Shown: positions 1 through 9,601 of the stretch, piece after piece
Position numbering within the stretch: the first letter of the stretch is position 1
Layout of the letters: every line of letters begins with the position of its first letter
Origin: an uncultured Nitrospiraceae bacterium
GTDB taxonomy: Bacteria; Nitrospirota; Thermodesulfovibrionia; Thermodesulfovibrionales; UBA6898
Assembly: GCA_963811165.1 (NCBI GenBank)
Contig: CAWEQH010000004.1
Coordinates: 544,001-608,000, forward strand
Length of the DNA: 64,000 nucleotides
Direction: 5' to 3'
The notes under the pieces: model-generated
The model's input: only the letters and a program-made list of their open reading frames with translations
What the model was told of the DNA's origin: nothing
Database searches by the model: none
Position numbers and translations under genes: made by a program

Positions 1-222
1 CACGATTCGGTCGGGAGCTTTTTTCGATATATCGCCGCCCTTGTAAACGATGCTGCCCCCCTCAGGCCTTATGAGCCCGGAGATAGTGGACAGGAGAGTG
101 GTTTTGCCCGCCCCGTTTGCTCCTATAAGGGCTACGATCTCGCCCTGCTTTATATGGAGAGAGACCCTTTTTACCGCGTGTATCTTGCCGTAATAGACAT
201 CGACGTTTTTAAGGATGAGCAT
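1..222 (-). CDS. livF: Branched-chain amino acid ABC transporter ATP-binding protein LivF-like (5' part only, runs off the window)
   Basis: Manual translation MLILKNVDVYYGKIHAVKRVSLHIKQGEIVALIGANGAGKTTLL contains Walker A; overlaps livG stop. Confidence 0.9.
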   Translation of the reverse strand, partial: MLILKNVDVYYGKIHAVKRVSLHIKQGEIVALIGANGAGKTTLLSTISGLIRPEGGSIVYKGGDISKKAPDRIV

Positions 223-988
223 CCGTCACCTCTTCCTCAACGCCGAGATATGCGGCTACGACTTCCGGGTTTTTCTGGATCTCAAGGGGCGTCCCTTCAG
301 CGATCACTTCTCCGAAATTAATGACTGTAATCCTGTCGCTTATCCCCATGATCAGGTCCATATCGTGCTCGACGAGCACAATGGTTATTCCTCGTCCGTC
401 ACGTATCCTCCTTATCAGACCGCCGAGGTTACGGGTCTCTTTGATGTTGAGCCCTGCGGCAGGCTCGTCGAGGAGCAGGAGCTTCGGCTCTGTGGCAAGG
501 GCCCTTCCGATCTCCAGTATCCGCTGCTCTCCTATGGGCAGGTTCGCTGCCTGCTCATTCATCCTCGCACTGAGACCGACATACTCAAGTATTTCCCCGC
601 TCAGTTTTCGCGTCTCCTTTTCTTCCCTGATACCGCCGGGGAATCTCAGGCCGGAGGAAAAAAACCCGGAACTTGTTTTTGAGTATCTTCCCACCATAAC
701 GTTTTCAAGTACGGTCATGCCGCTGAAGAGCTCCACATGCTGAAAGGTCCTCGAGATGCCTTTCCTGGCGATCCTGTCGGGGGAAAGGCAGCTGACCACC
801 CCGCCGGAGAAACGGACTTCACCCCTGTCGGGGACATGGATGCCGCTGATGACATTGAGAAGCGTCGTCTTCCCTGCGCCATTAGGACCTATGAGGGCGC
901 ATATCTGCCCCTCTGCCGCGTTGAAAGAGACGTCCTTGAGGGCGGTGAGTCCGCCGAAGCTTTTTCCTATGCCGCTAACTTCCAACAC
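209..988 (-). CDS. livG: Branched-chain amino acid ABC transporter ATP-binding protein LivG-like
   Basis: GPNGAGKTT Walker A, LLLLDEPAAGL Walker B, C-terminal VVAAYLG. Confidence 0.93.
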   Translation of the reverse strand: MLEVSGIGKSFGGLTALKDVSFNAAEGQICALIGPNGAGKTTLLNVISGIHVPDRGEVRFSGGVVSCLSPDRIARKGISRTFQHVELFSGMTVLENVMVGRYSKTSSGFFSSGLRFPGGIREEKETRKLSGEILEYVGLSARMNEQAANLPIGEQRILEIGRALATEPKLLLLDEPAAGLNIKETRNLGGLIRRIRDGRGITIVLVEHDMDLIMGISDRITVINFGEVIAEGTPLEIQKNPEVVAAYLGVEEEVTDAHP

Positions 989-1925
989 GATCGGCCCTTT
1001 TCACCTTCTTCAGTTGATCGATCAACAGGGGAACGAGCCCTCTTCTGAAAAAAAGCAGCGACAGGGTGAGGATCAGCCCATAGACGAGCACGTCGAATTC
1101 CTCGAATTCCCGCAGAAGCTCCGGGAGGATGGTAATGACCACCGAGCCCACGACCGCACCCCAGAGGTTTGTAATCCCCCCGACGACGACCATCATCAGC
1201 ACCAGGATAGAGTAAAAGAGAGAAAATCCGGACGGGCTTATGAAGGTCACATAATGGGCATAGAGACCTCCGGCCAACGAGGCGCATACGGCAGCGAGCA
1301 CAAAGACCTTCACCTTTATCATCGAAACGTCGAGTCCCATTGCGTTACTTGCCAGCTCGCTTCCGTGGATCGCTTTTAGCGCCCTGCCGGTCCTGGAATG
1401 CATCAGGTTAAGGCAGAAGAGCATGACCGCAGCGACAATGCACCATATCAGGTAGAAGTAACTCTCAGGGGAAATAAAGGAATATCCGAAAAGGCTGAAA
1501 TGGGGGATGTCTCCGAACCCCGACGGCCCGCCCGGACCCCATTCGTTAAGGATGACATTCACGATCTCGCCGAAACCCAGGGTAGCGACCGCAAGATAAT
1601 GACCTTTTAATTTTAGTGCAGGCACCGACAGGACGAGCGCTGCCAACGCCGAGACGGCCATCGCCGCGGAGATACTCACCAGGACCGGCGCCCCGAGTTT
1701 CAGGCTCACGACAGCCGAGACGTAGGCGCCGATGCCGTAAAAGCCTGCCTGTCCCAAAGAGACCTGGCCGGCATACCCCATCAGCACGCAAAGACCTATC
1801 GCCACCAGTGCGTTGATCCCCGAAAATATTCCCACCGTCATCACGTAAGAGCCGCCCGATACAACCGGCAAGAGTCCGATCAGGACAAGAAAGAGGGAAA
1901 AGGTGAGAACGTTCCCCCTGCCCAT
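975..1925 (-). CDS. livM: Branched-chain amino acid ABC transporter permease LivM-like
   Basis: GYAGQVSLGQAGFYGIGAY and LKGHYLAVATLGFGEI motifs; hydrophobic. Confidence 0.92.
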   Translation of the reverse strand: MGRGNVLTFSLFLVLIGLLPVVSGGSYVMTVGIFSGINALVAIGLCVLMGYAGQVSLGQAGFYGIGAYVSAVVSLKLGAPVLVSISAAMAVSALAALVLSVPALKLKGHYLAVATLGFGEIVNVILNEWGPGGPSGFGDIPHFSLFGYSFISPESYFYLIWCIVAAVMLFCLNLMHSRTGRALKAIHGSELASNAMGLDVSMIKVKVFVLAAVCASLAGGLYAHYVTFISPSGFSLFYSILVLMMVVVGGITNLWGAVVGSVVITILPELLREFEEFDVLVYGLILTLSLLFFRRGLVPLLIDQLKKVKRADRVGS

Positions 1926-1926
1926 T

Positions 1927-2814
1927 CTAAAATTTTCTCATCTCTAACATCGTCTTACTCCCGAAGATTCCGGCGGGCCGGAAAAAGAGTATGGATAAAA
2001 GAATCACGAGGGCGACCGCGTCTTTGAGCCCTGAATGGAGATAGCCGGCGGTCATCGATTCGAGGATGCCGATGGCGAAGCCGCCGATCACCGCACCCCT
2101 GTTTTTTCCCAGGCCGCCCATGATCGCCGCGCAGAAGCCCTTCACCGCAAGCATGGGACCTTTGTCATACTCCATCAGGGAAATAGGCGTGATGGCGATT
2201 CCGCCGAGCGCACCGACCATAGCGCTAAGGACGAAGGAGATCATGACCATGCGCGAAACATTGATCCCGACGAGTTTGGCGGCGTTTGGGTCGACGGCGC
2301 AGGCCCGCATCGCCTTCCCTACGATCGTCATATTGAAAAAGACAAACAGGAAAGTAATGCAAAGGCCCGTGATGCCGATTACCCAGAGCGTCTGTTGCTG
2401 GATAATGGCCCCGTAGACGGTAATGGGCTCCCCGGAGGTGAAGGGCGGGTAGTCATAGGGGTCTTTACCGAACTTGAACATCAGGACCCCCCGTAAGAGG
2501 ATGGATACCGCGATTGTTACCATGATCATAAGAAGGAGGTCGGCGTTTTTTAGAGGGCGTATCGTCAATCTTTCCATCAACAGTCCGACAAGGCCGGAGC
2601 TGAGGAGTGTGAGCACTACGGAAAGAAAAAAGGGCAGTTTTAGAGATTCTGAAAAAAGCCACATCATGAGCCCTCCGATCACTACGAATTCCCCCTGCGC
2701 AAGGTTGATGATCGACGTGGCGTTATAGATGATGTTGAACCCCACGCCTACAAGGGCATACACCGCCCCTGTCGTGAGGCCGGAGAAAAGGAACTGTAAA
2801 AAGACCGTAAACAA
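1927..2814 (-). CDS. livH: Branched-chain amino acid ABC transporter permease LivH-like
   Basis: SGLTTGAVYALVGVGFNIIY...INLAQGEF and GKAMRAC motifs; TTG start. Confidence 0.92.
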   Translation of the reverse strand: MFTVFLQFLFSGLTTGAVYALVGVGFNIIYNATSIINLAQGEFVVIGGLMMWLFSESLKLPFFLSVVLTLLSSGLVGLLMERLTIRPLKNADLLLMIMVTIAVSILLRGVLMFKFGKDPYDYPPFTSGEPITVYGAIIQQQTLWVIGITGLCITFLFVFFNMTIVGKAMRACAVDPNAAKLVGINVSRMVMISFVLSAMVGALGGIAITPISLMEYDKGPMLAVKGFCAAIMGGLGKNRGAVIGGFAIGILESMTAGYLHSGLKDAVALVILLSILFFRPAGIFGSKTMLEMRKF

Positions 2815-2831
2815 GTTATGTATCTGAGGAG

Positions 2832-2857
2832 GAGAGGGAGGAGGAAGCCTCCCTCTC
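2832..2857. other. Intercistronic stem-loop after the binding-protein gene (mRNA stabiliser or partial terminator)
   Basis: GAGAGGGAGG-aggaag-CCTCCCTCTC perfect 10-bp inverted repeat. Confidence 0.55.
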
Positions 2858-2868
2858 TTTCCGGGCTC

Positions 2869-4020
2869 CTACTTTAAGATTTCCCAGTCGCCGTTTTTTA
2901 CGACGACCATGTCGAATGCGTCTTTGTCCAGACCGCAGTGGTCTTTAGGCGACATATTGAAGATGCCGCCCGTGCCGGGCCAGTTCCTGATCTTTGTCTC
3001 GATGTAGTCCCTGATCTTTGCCTTGTCGGCGCCTTCTTTCTTTATCGCATCGACCAGCATCATGATCGAATCATAGGCATGGCCGCCGAACGTGCCGGGC
3101 TCGCTCTTGTATCTCGCCTCGTAATCGTGCGAGTATTTCTTCAGGAGGGGCTTCTGGGGGTTTTTGTCCGAAAGTTTGTCCCATACGACAAGCCTCCCGA
3201 GGGGTGCGATGACGCCTTCAGCCGCTTTGCCGGCCAGTTCGATATTTTTCTTGCTGCCCCAGCCATGGCTTTGGTAAAGGGGGATGCCCATCTTCAGGTC
3301 ATGCCAGTTTTTCGTGACGACTACCTGACCCGGGCCGACCGACCAGTTGATGACCGCCTGGGCGCCCGATGCCTTGATCTTGGTGAGCTGGGTCGTCATG
3401 TCTGAATCTTTAGGGCCGTATTTTTCATCGGCCACGATCGACATCCCGTATCTCGGGGCGACCTCATGCAGGGCCTTTTTCCCGGCGTCCCCGAACCCGG
3501 TGGATATCGTGATAATGCCTACTTTAGAAATTCCGTGCTTCTTCATATAAGTATATATCGCCTCAACCGCGCTGGTGTCGTATTGGGGGGTCTTGAATAT
3601 CCAGTGCCTCTCGCTGACCGGGTTTGTTATCGGCGCACCTGCGGCGCAGGAGATAAGAGGCGTTTTCGCCCCGTTCATGATAGGCACAACCGCCATCGAT
3701 TCGCCCGTAGTAGAGGGGCCTATGATCGCAATCACCTTGTCTCTGTCCAGCAGCTTCTTGGCCGCAAGGACGGCCTGGGATTCATCGCTTTTGGTGTCTT
3801 CGATAATTATCTCAAGGGGGCTGCCGTTTATTCCCCCTGCCTTATTGATCTGGTCCTGGAGCATGAGGGCCGTGTTCTTTTCCGGCTCACCCAGAAATGA
3901 CGCTGCCCCGGTTACCGAAAAGAGAGCGCCGATCCTGATCGGCTCCTTCGCAAACGTGATTCCGGACAAAATAAAGACAGATGCCAGGACTGCCAATACC
4001 GAGAGGATGCTTTTTTTCAT
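2869..4020 (-). CDS. ABC transporter substrate-binding protein, LivK/Leu-Ile-Val-binding family
   Basis: Signal peptide, IRIGALFSVTGAASFLG, INKAGGING motifs; heads the liv permease genes. Confidence 0.92.
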   Translation of the reverse strand: MKKSILSVLAVLASVFILSGITFAKEPIRIGALFSVTGAASFLGEPEKNTALMLQDQINKAGGINGSPLEIIIEDTKSDESQAVLAAKKLLDRDKVIAIIGPSTTGESMAVVPIMNGAKTPLISCAAGAPITNPVSERHWIFKTPQYDTSAVEAIYTYMKKHGISKVGIITISTGFGDAGKKALHEVAPRYGMSIVADEKYGPKDSDMTTQLTKIKASGAQAVINWSVGPGQVVVTKNWHDLKMGIPLYQSHGWGSKKNIELAGKAAEGVIAPLGRLVVWDKLSDKNPQKPLLKKYSHDYEARYKSEPGTFGGHAYDSIMMLVDAIKKEGADKAKIRDYIETKIRNWPGTGGIFNMSPKDHCGLDKDAFDMVVVKNGDWEILK

Positions 4021-4069
4021 TGATTCCTCCTTTGTGTATTATTTTCCATGGAATACATGGATATAAAGA

Positions 4070-4501
4070 TCAGAGGGCATATACGTCTTCACCCTTCAAA
4101 ATTACCACACCCGCTTTTTGTAAGGCCTGTATCGCTTTTTCGAGCTCATCAAAACGGAAGATAATGATCGCATTCCCCCCTGACCTTTGCACAAAGGCGT
4201 ACATATATTCGACGTTCACCCCTTCGTCCTTCATAACCGAAAGGATATGGGCGAGTCCTCCGGGCCTGTCAGGGACCTCAACCGCGATCACCTCGGTCTT
4301 GCCCACGGTAAAGCCGTTGTCCTTGAGCACCTGCTTCGCCCTCTCCGTGTCGTTGACGATAAGCCTGAGTATGCCGAAATCAGTCGTGTCTGCAAGGGAG
4401 AGGGCGCGGACATTGATCCCTGCCCCTGCAAGTACACCCGCCACCTCCGCAAGCCTGCCGGATTTGTTTTCGAGGAATATCGAAATCTGCTCGACTTTCA
4501 T
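4070..4501 (-). CDS. Tandem ACT-domain protein
   Basis: [16 protein letters not shown] and [12 protein letters not shown] repeats; usual paaK neighbour. Confidence 0.9.
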   Translation of the reverse strand: MKVEQISIFLENKSGRLAEVAGVLAGAGINVRALSLADTTDFGILRLIVNDTERAKQVLKDNGFTVGKTEVIAVEVPDRPGGLAHILSVMKDEGVNVEYMYAFVQRSGGNAIIIFRFDELEKAIQALQKAGVVILKGEDVYAL

Positions 4502-4514
4502 AAAACCTCCTTTA

Positions 4515-4671
4515 AAAAGTGAAAAGTGAGACGTGAATAGTGAATGGTAAAGACGAAACTATATCTTTCCATAGCCCCACATTCTGTCATTCCCCGGACC
4601 GACCGGGGAAGCAATACTTTTATTTCCTTGTTTTCAACTATTCACTATTCACCATTCACTTTTTACTGTTT
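4515..4671. repeat. Inverted arrays of degenerate 7-bp repeats (GTGAA[T/A]A / TATTCAC) around a central palindrome
   Basis: gtgaaaa gtgagac gtgaata gtgaatg at 4519-4546; ctattca ctattca ccattca at ~4638-4658; central gtcattccccgg-accga-ccggggaa. Confidence 0.65.
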
Positions 4672-5973
4672 TTATAGCTTTCTGTTATCGATCACGCGCT
4701 TTGCCTTTCCTTCGCTTCTTTGGATCGTCTTGGGCTCGACAAGCTTGATCTTGCAACTGATCCCGAGGAGGTCTTTGATCTCCCGCTCTATCTTTTTGCC
4801 CAGCTTCTCAAGCACCTTGACCTCGTCGGAGAAGATGTTTTCGCTCACCTCGACCTGTACCTCGACCACGTCCAGGGAACCTTCGCGGCCGACGATGATC
4901 TGGTAGTGGGGCTCAACGCCCTCGATGCTCATAAGTACATGCTCGATCTGCGACGGAAAGACATTGACGCCCCTTATGATCAGCATGTCATCGGTCCTGC
5001 CGGTGATCCTCTCCATCCGGTGGAAGGTCCTGCCGCAGGAGCAGGGTTCGGCAATAATCCTTGAGATGTCTTTTGTGCGGTAGCGGATGACAGGGAAGGC
5101 CTCTTTCGTGAGAGTCGTAAAAACAAGCTCTCCGTGCTCGCCGTGAGGCAGCGGCTCCATGGTCTCGGGGTCCACGATCTCGGGCACGAAATAGTCCTCG
5201 AAGATGTGAAGGCCGTGCTGTTCCTCGATGCATTCGCTTGCAACACCCGGGCCCATAACCTCGCTCAGACCGAATATGTCGATGGCCTTCAGGTTGAGCC
5301 TCTTCTGGATCTCTTCCCGCATGTTCTCGCTCCACGGTTCGGCCCCGAAAAGCCCGACGCGGAGCTTAAGAGAGGCCGGCTCCACATTCATCTCCTTCAT
5401 TACATCGGCAAGGTTCAGCGCGTATGAAGGCGTGCACATCAGTACGGTCGAACCGAAGTCCTGCATGATCATTATCTGGCGTTTAGAGTTGCCGCCCGAT
5501 ATCGGGATAACCGCGGCCCCGAGTCTTTCGGCCCCGTAGTGGGCGCCGAGTCCGCCTGTGAAAAGGCCGTATCCGTATGCGTTATGGACTACATCGCCCT
5601 GGTGGGCGCCGCCGCAGGAAAGTGTTCTTGCCATAAGTTCAGCCCATGAATCTATGTCCCTTTTCGTATATCCGACGACCGTCGGTTTTCCAGTCGTGCC
5701 CGAGGACGCATGGATCCTCACCACCCGTTCGAAGGGTACCGCGAAGAGACCGAAGGGATAGTTCAGCCTAAGGTCTTCCTTTGTGGTGAAGGGAAGTTTG
5801 CGGATGTCCTTAAGATTCTTGATGTCGGACGGCTTTACCCCCATCTCGACCATCTTGCTCCGATAATAGGGGACCGCGGCATAGACCCGCTCGATCTGGT
5901 GCTGCAGACGTTTCAACTGCAGCGCTTCCAGGGCCTCGCGCGGAAGTGTCTCGAATTCCTCATTCCATATCAT
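4672..5973 (-). CDS. paaK: Phenylacetate-CoA ligase
   Basis: [44 protein letters not shown]. Confidence 0.95.
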   Translation of the reverse strand: MIWNEEFETLPREALEALQLKRLQHQIERVYAAVPYYRSKMVEMGVKPSDIKNLKDIRKLPFTTKEDLRLNYPFGLFAVPFERVVRIHASSGTTGKPTVVGYTKRDIDSWAELMARTLSCGGAHQGDVVHNAYGYGLFTGGLGAHYGAERLGAAVIPISGGNSKRQIMIMQDFGSTVLMCTPSYALNLADVMKEMNVEPASLKLRVGLFGAEPWSENMREEIQKRLNLKAIDIFGLSEVMGPGVASECIEEQHGLHIFEDYFVPEIVDPETMEPLPHGEHGELVFTTLTKEAFPVIRYRTKDISRIIAEPCSCGRTFHRMERITGRTDDMLIIRGVNVFPSQIEHVLMSIEGVEPHYQIIVGREGSLDVVEVQVEVSENIFSDEVKVLEKLGKKIEREIKDLLGISCKIKLVEPKTIQRSEGKAKRVIDNRKL

Positions 5974-6024
5974 GGCTGAACCTTACCTCCGTAATTAGGT
6001 TGATGCGGGCAACTCTTCTGTTTT

Positions 6025-6618
6025 TTATAATCTTTCACCTTTTACCTTTTCTCTTCCCCTGCTAAACGCCTCCCGGTTGACCTTCCGGATCTTCTCCGGG
6101 ACCCTTTCGGCGATCACATCGAGGAATATCTTTTCATCCAGGTCGAGGAAGACCGACAGTGCGCCGACGAGCACCATGTTGACCGCCTTCGTCTGGCCCG
6201 CGGACCTTGCGATCCCGAATGCGTCGACAGGAAAGACGGACAGTCCCCTTGATTTCAGTTGCTCAAGGACATCGGCCGGGTAGGTATCGATGCCTGTGGT
6301 AACCGGCGCCGGCAATATCTTTTGGGTATTTACGATGACCTTGGTATCTTTGTGATAGTAGGGGAGGTAGCGGAGCGCCTCCAGGAGTTCAAAGGACACC
6401 GCGATATCTGCGGAGCCGGGTTCTATGAGAGGGGAATATACCTTGTCACCGTACCGCAGGTGTGCGACAACGGAGCCGCCCCTCTGCGCCATGCCGTGGA
6501 CCTCGCTCTTTTTTACGTCAAAACCGGCCTCGATCAGCGCTGATGAGGTGATCTCGCTCGCAAGTAAAATGCCCTGTCCGCCGACCCCGCAGAGGAGGAT
6601 ATTACCGGATTTCTTCAT
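6025..6618 (-). CDS. iorB: Indolepyruvate:ferredoxin oxidoreductase beta subunit
   Basis: GVGGQGILLAS and SEVHGMAQRGGSV motifs. Confidence 0.93.
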   Translation of the reverse strand: MKKSGNILLCGVGGQGILLASEITSSALIEAGFDVKKSEVHGMAQRGGSVVAHLRYGDKVYSPLIEPGSADIAVSFELLEALRYLPYYHKDTKVIVNTQKILPAPVTTGIDTYPADVLEQLKSRGLSVFPVDAFGIARSAGQTKAVNMVLVGALSVFLDLDEKIFLDVIAERVPEKIRKVNREAFSRGREKVKGERL

Positions 6619-8446
6619 CGTCCTCACCGGAAGTCACGATCGCCTTGAACTTGCAAAGCGGGGCGCACTGTCCGCACCCGTCGCATAACACGGGGTTGAT
6701 CCTCGAATAGCCTTTCTGTTTTTCCTTGTAACCGAGCTTTTTTGCCTCGTCAGCCGTCAGCGGCACCCACTCGATCGCAGGGCAGCCGAGTTTCAGACAC
6801 GATCTGCAGCCGGTGCATTTTGAGGAAACGATGGCGTAGAGCTGCTTGTTTTTCCTCTTTTTCATTTCGGGCAGGAGCACGCAGGGCGACTTGGCGATGA
6901 TGACCGAGGGCTCGGGCCTTTCGATCTCCTCCTTCAGTACCTTCAGTGTCTCTTCGATAGCATGGGGGTTGACCGTGCGGACATGTCTCACGCCTATGGC
7001 CCTGCAGATTGCCTCGATATCGACGGAAGCGCTGATTTCCCCCGACAGCGTGGATCCTGTGGAGGGGTTCGGCTGGTGGCCCGTCATGCCGGTTGTCCGG
7101 TTGTCGAGTATGACGACGGTGGTGAACCCCCGGTTATACACGACTTCGACCAGCCCGGTGATGCCTGAATGCATAAAGGTGGAGTCTCCGATGACGGCAA
7201 TAATCTTGCCGAGACTTTCTTTGCCTATCGCCTTCTCCATGCCGAAGGCGGTCCCGATGCTCGCTCCCATGCATACGCATGAGTCCATCGCGCTGAGGGG
7301 TTTGAGCGCCGCCAGGGTGTAACAGCCGATATCGCCTGCGACAAAGACGCCGAGCTTCGATATCGCATAGAATATGCCCCGATGAGGACAGCCGGGACAG
7401 AGGTTGGGGGGACGCATAGGCATCTGCACGGGCTCAAATACCGCCCCTCCTTTTTCTCCGGTTATCGATCTTCTGATGATTCCGGGGTTCAGTTCTCCCA
7501 TCGCCGGGATTAACTCCTTGCCCTTGCATTTTACCCCCATGGCCTTCACACGAAGCTCAATGAAGGGATCGAGTTCCTCGACGATATAAAGCTCGTCGAT
7601 CTCTGCGGCAAACCCCTTGATCATATTTTCAGGCAGGGGATGCACCATTCCGAGTTTAAGGACGGACGCCTCCGGGAAAGCCTCTTTGACGTAGAGATAA
7701 GAAACGCCTGAGGTGATGAACCCTCTTTTTTTGTCCGCCCACTCGATCCTGTTTTCGGGGAATGTCTCTGCATATTCCCTGAGTCTGCCGATTCTCTTTT
7801 CGAGTTCGACCCTTCTCTTCCTTGCGTTTGACGGGAGCATGACGAACTTCTCAGGCATCTTCTCTATGCCGGCCTTTATGGCAGGGCCTTCTTTTTTTCC
7901 GGCGGTGACCATGCCCTTGACGTGTGCGACCCGTGTCGTCGTCCTTAGGAGCACGGGGGTATCGAATCCCTCGCTTATGCGGTATGCAATCTTCGTGAAC
8001 TCCTTTGCCTCTGAGGCGTCTGATGGCTCAAGCATCGGGACCTTTGCCGCATAGGCATAGTTGCGGTTGTCCTGCTCGTTTTGCGAACTGTGCATCTCGG
8101 GGTCGTCCGCGGTCACTATCACCAGGCCTCCGCGGACGCCGGTGTAAGCCGCGGTAAAGAGAGGGTCTGCCGCGACGTTGAGGCCGACGTGTTTCATCGT
8201 TGCCAGGGCCCTGACCCCCCCGAAAGATGCCCCGAGGGCCACCTCGAGGGCCACCTTTTCGTTCGGCGCCCATTCGGCATATACGCCTTCATAGGTGCAG
8301 AGGTTTTCGAGTATCTCGGTAGAAGGCGTCCCGGGATAAGCCGACGCCACTTTGACCCCTGCCTCGAATGCGCCGAGGGCCAGGGCTTCGTTGCCGGAGA
8401 GCAGGGAAGACCCTTTAATGCCGGGATGTAATTTCTTGTTTTTCAT
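6602..8446 (-). CDS. iorA: Indolepyruvate:ferredoxin oxidoreductase alpha subunit
   Basis: GNEALA, YPGTPSTE, CPGCPHR, GDSTFMHSG TPP motif, two C-terminal CxxCxxC ferredoxin motifs. Confidence 0.95.
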   Translation of the reverse strand: MKNKKLHPGIKGSSLLSGNEALALGAFEAGVKVASAYPGTPSTEILENLCTYEGVYAEWAPNEKVALEVALGASFGGVRALATMKHVGLNVAADPLFTAAYTGVRGGLVIVTADDPEMHSSQNEQDNRNYAYAAKVPMLEPSDASEAKEFTKIAYRISEGFDTPVLLRTTTRVAHVKGMVTAGKKEGPAIKAGIEKMPEKFVMLPSNARKRRVELEKRIGRLREYAETFPENRIEWADKKRGFITSGVSYLYVKEAFPEASVLKLGMVHPLPENMIKGFAAEIDELYIVEELDPFIELRVKAMGVKCKGKELIPAMGELNPGIIRRSITGEKGGAVFEPVQMPMRPPNLCPGCPHRGIFYAISKLGVFVAGDIGCYTLAALKPLSAMDSCVCMGASIGTAFGMEKAIGKESLGKIIAVIGDSTFMHSGITGLVEVVYNRGFTTVVILDNRTTGMTGHQPNPSTGSTLSGEISASVDIEAICRAIGVRHVRTVNPHAIEETLKVLKEEIERPEPSVIIAKSPCVLLPEMKKRKNKQLYAIVSSKCTGCRSCLKLGCPAIEWVPLTADEAKKLGYKEKQKGYSRINPVLCDGCGQCAPLCKFKAIVTSGEDDEEIR

Positions 8447-8517
8447 AAAAATAATGTAAGCCCGGTATTATACCACCGGGTCATTTTGAACCTCAACAGC
8501 TTTCCTCCGCGCCGGGG

Positions 8518-9327
8518 TTAGATCGAATTCAGCAGGGTGAGCGCATTGTCCCTCAGGACCTTATTCTCCCTCTCCGGCCCGAGCTCAAGACCCTTTAAAA
8601 GAGAGAGTGTTTTGTCCTGTGCGGTCCATGGGGAATCCGTGCCGAAAAGCAGATACTCAGCCGGATGGGACAATATCATCTTCCTCGCCCGCTTTGGATC
8701 TAATATATCAAGTGAGTAAGATATCTCCATATAGACCTTCTTCCCTATGATCAGCCTTTCGACTTCGTCCCAGTCCTCCCAGGCGCCCAGATGGGAAGTG
8801 ACCAACTTTAGATCAGGAAAATCCTCGAGGACGCGCATGATCCTCTCCGGATCGCAAATCCTGTTTCTCTCAAAGGCGAGGTCGAACCCCGTATGCATAA
8901 GCACGATCAAACCCTCTTCAGAGATCCTCTTATAGATTGGAAATAGTCTTTTTTCGTCAATGCTGAAGTTCTGATAATAAGGATGAAACTTTATTCCCTT
9001 GAACCCCTCCTGCCCGATGCGGGACACCTTTTCGACTGCCTCAGGATCGTCCGGGTGGAGCGAAGGAAATGGGACCAGCCTATCCGATGCGATCTTTTTT
9101 GACCACGCAAGGATCGGTTCGAACTGGGACGGCTTTGTGGCGATCGAGCAGACGATGCTTTTTTCAATATTATTCCTGTCCATAGAGGACAGCAGCGACG
9201 GCACCCTGCCGTCTAAGTGGGCCGTAACGTCTGATTTTTTCTTCCCCTCTTCAAGAAGGGCGGCCATCGCCCTTTGGGCCAGTTCGTCCGGAAAGGCATG
9301 TGTATGAAAGTCTATTGTCCCTTGCAT
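8518..9327 (-). CDS. Amidohydrolase family protein (Amidohydro_2 type)
   Basis: IDFHTH, GIKFHP, HTG, HLG, LLFGTDSPW. Confidence 0.88.
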   Translation of the reverse strand: MQGTIDFHTHAFPDELAQRAMAALLEEGKKKSDVTAHLDGRVPSLLSSMDRNNIEKSIVCSIATKPSQFEPILAWSKKIASDRLVPFPSLHPDDPEAVEKVSRIGQEGFKGIKFHPYYQNFSIDEKRLFPIYKRISEEGLIVLMHTGFDLAFERNRICDPERIMRVLEDFPDLKLVTSHLGAWEDWDEVERLIIGKKVYMEISYSLDILDPKRARKMILSHPAEYLLFGTDSPWTAQDKTLSLLKGLELGPERENKVLRDNALTLLNSI

Positions 9328-9449
9328 TGCCGGGTATTATAAGAAATTTCTGCCGCTAATGGCAAAGCCTTGACCAGCCGGGTTTCGGTTCCGAGAAAGT
9401 CCTCCCGTGGTATCAAACTGCACTGTTTCGCATATGTGAGGAGACGGTC

Positions 9450-9479
9450 TTGACAAGGCCCCGGTTGTCCGCTTATTAT
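9450..9479 (+). promoter_or_regulatory. Putative sigma70 promoter for the porin gene
   Basis: TTGACA (9450) N18 TATTAT (9474). Confidence 0.45.
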
Positions 9480-9601
9480 TTCTCACTTGCTGAAAGGGTG
9501 GAATTATCTGCAGGCACTCATGTTGTCGGTAATTACAGTAAGTCCAGAAATAAGAATCTGGGATGTTATTCGATAAGGAATTCAATAAAAAGGAGGAGAG
9601 C

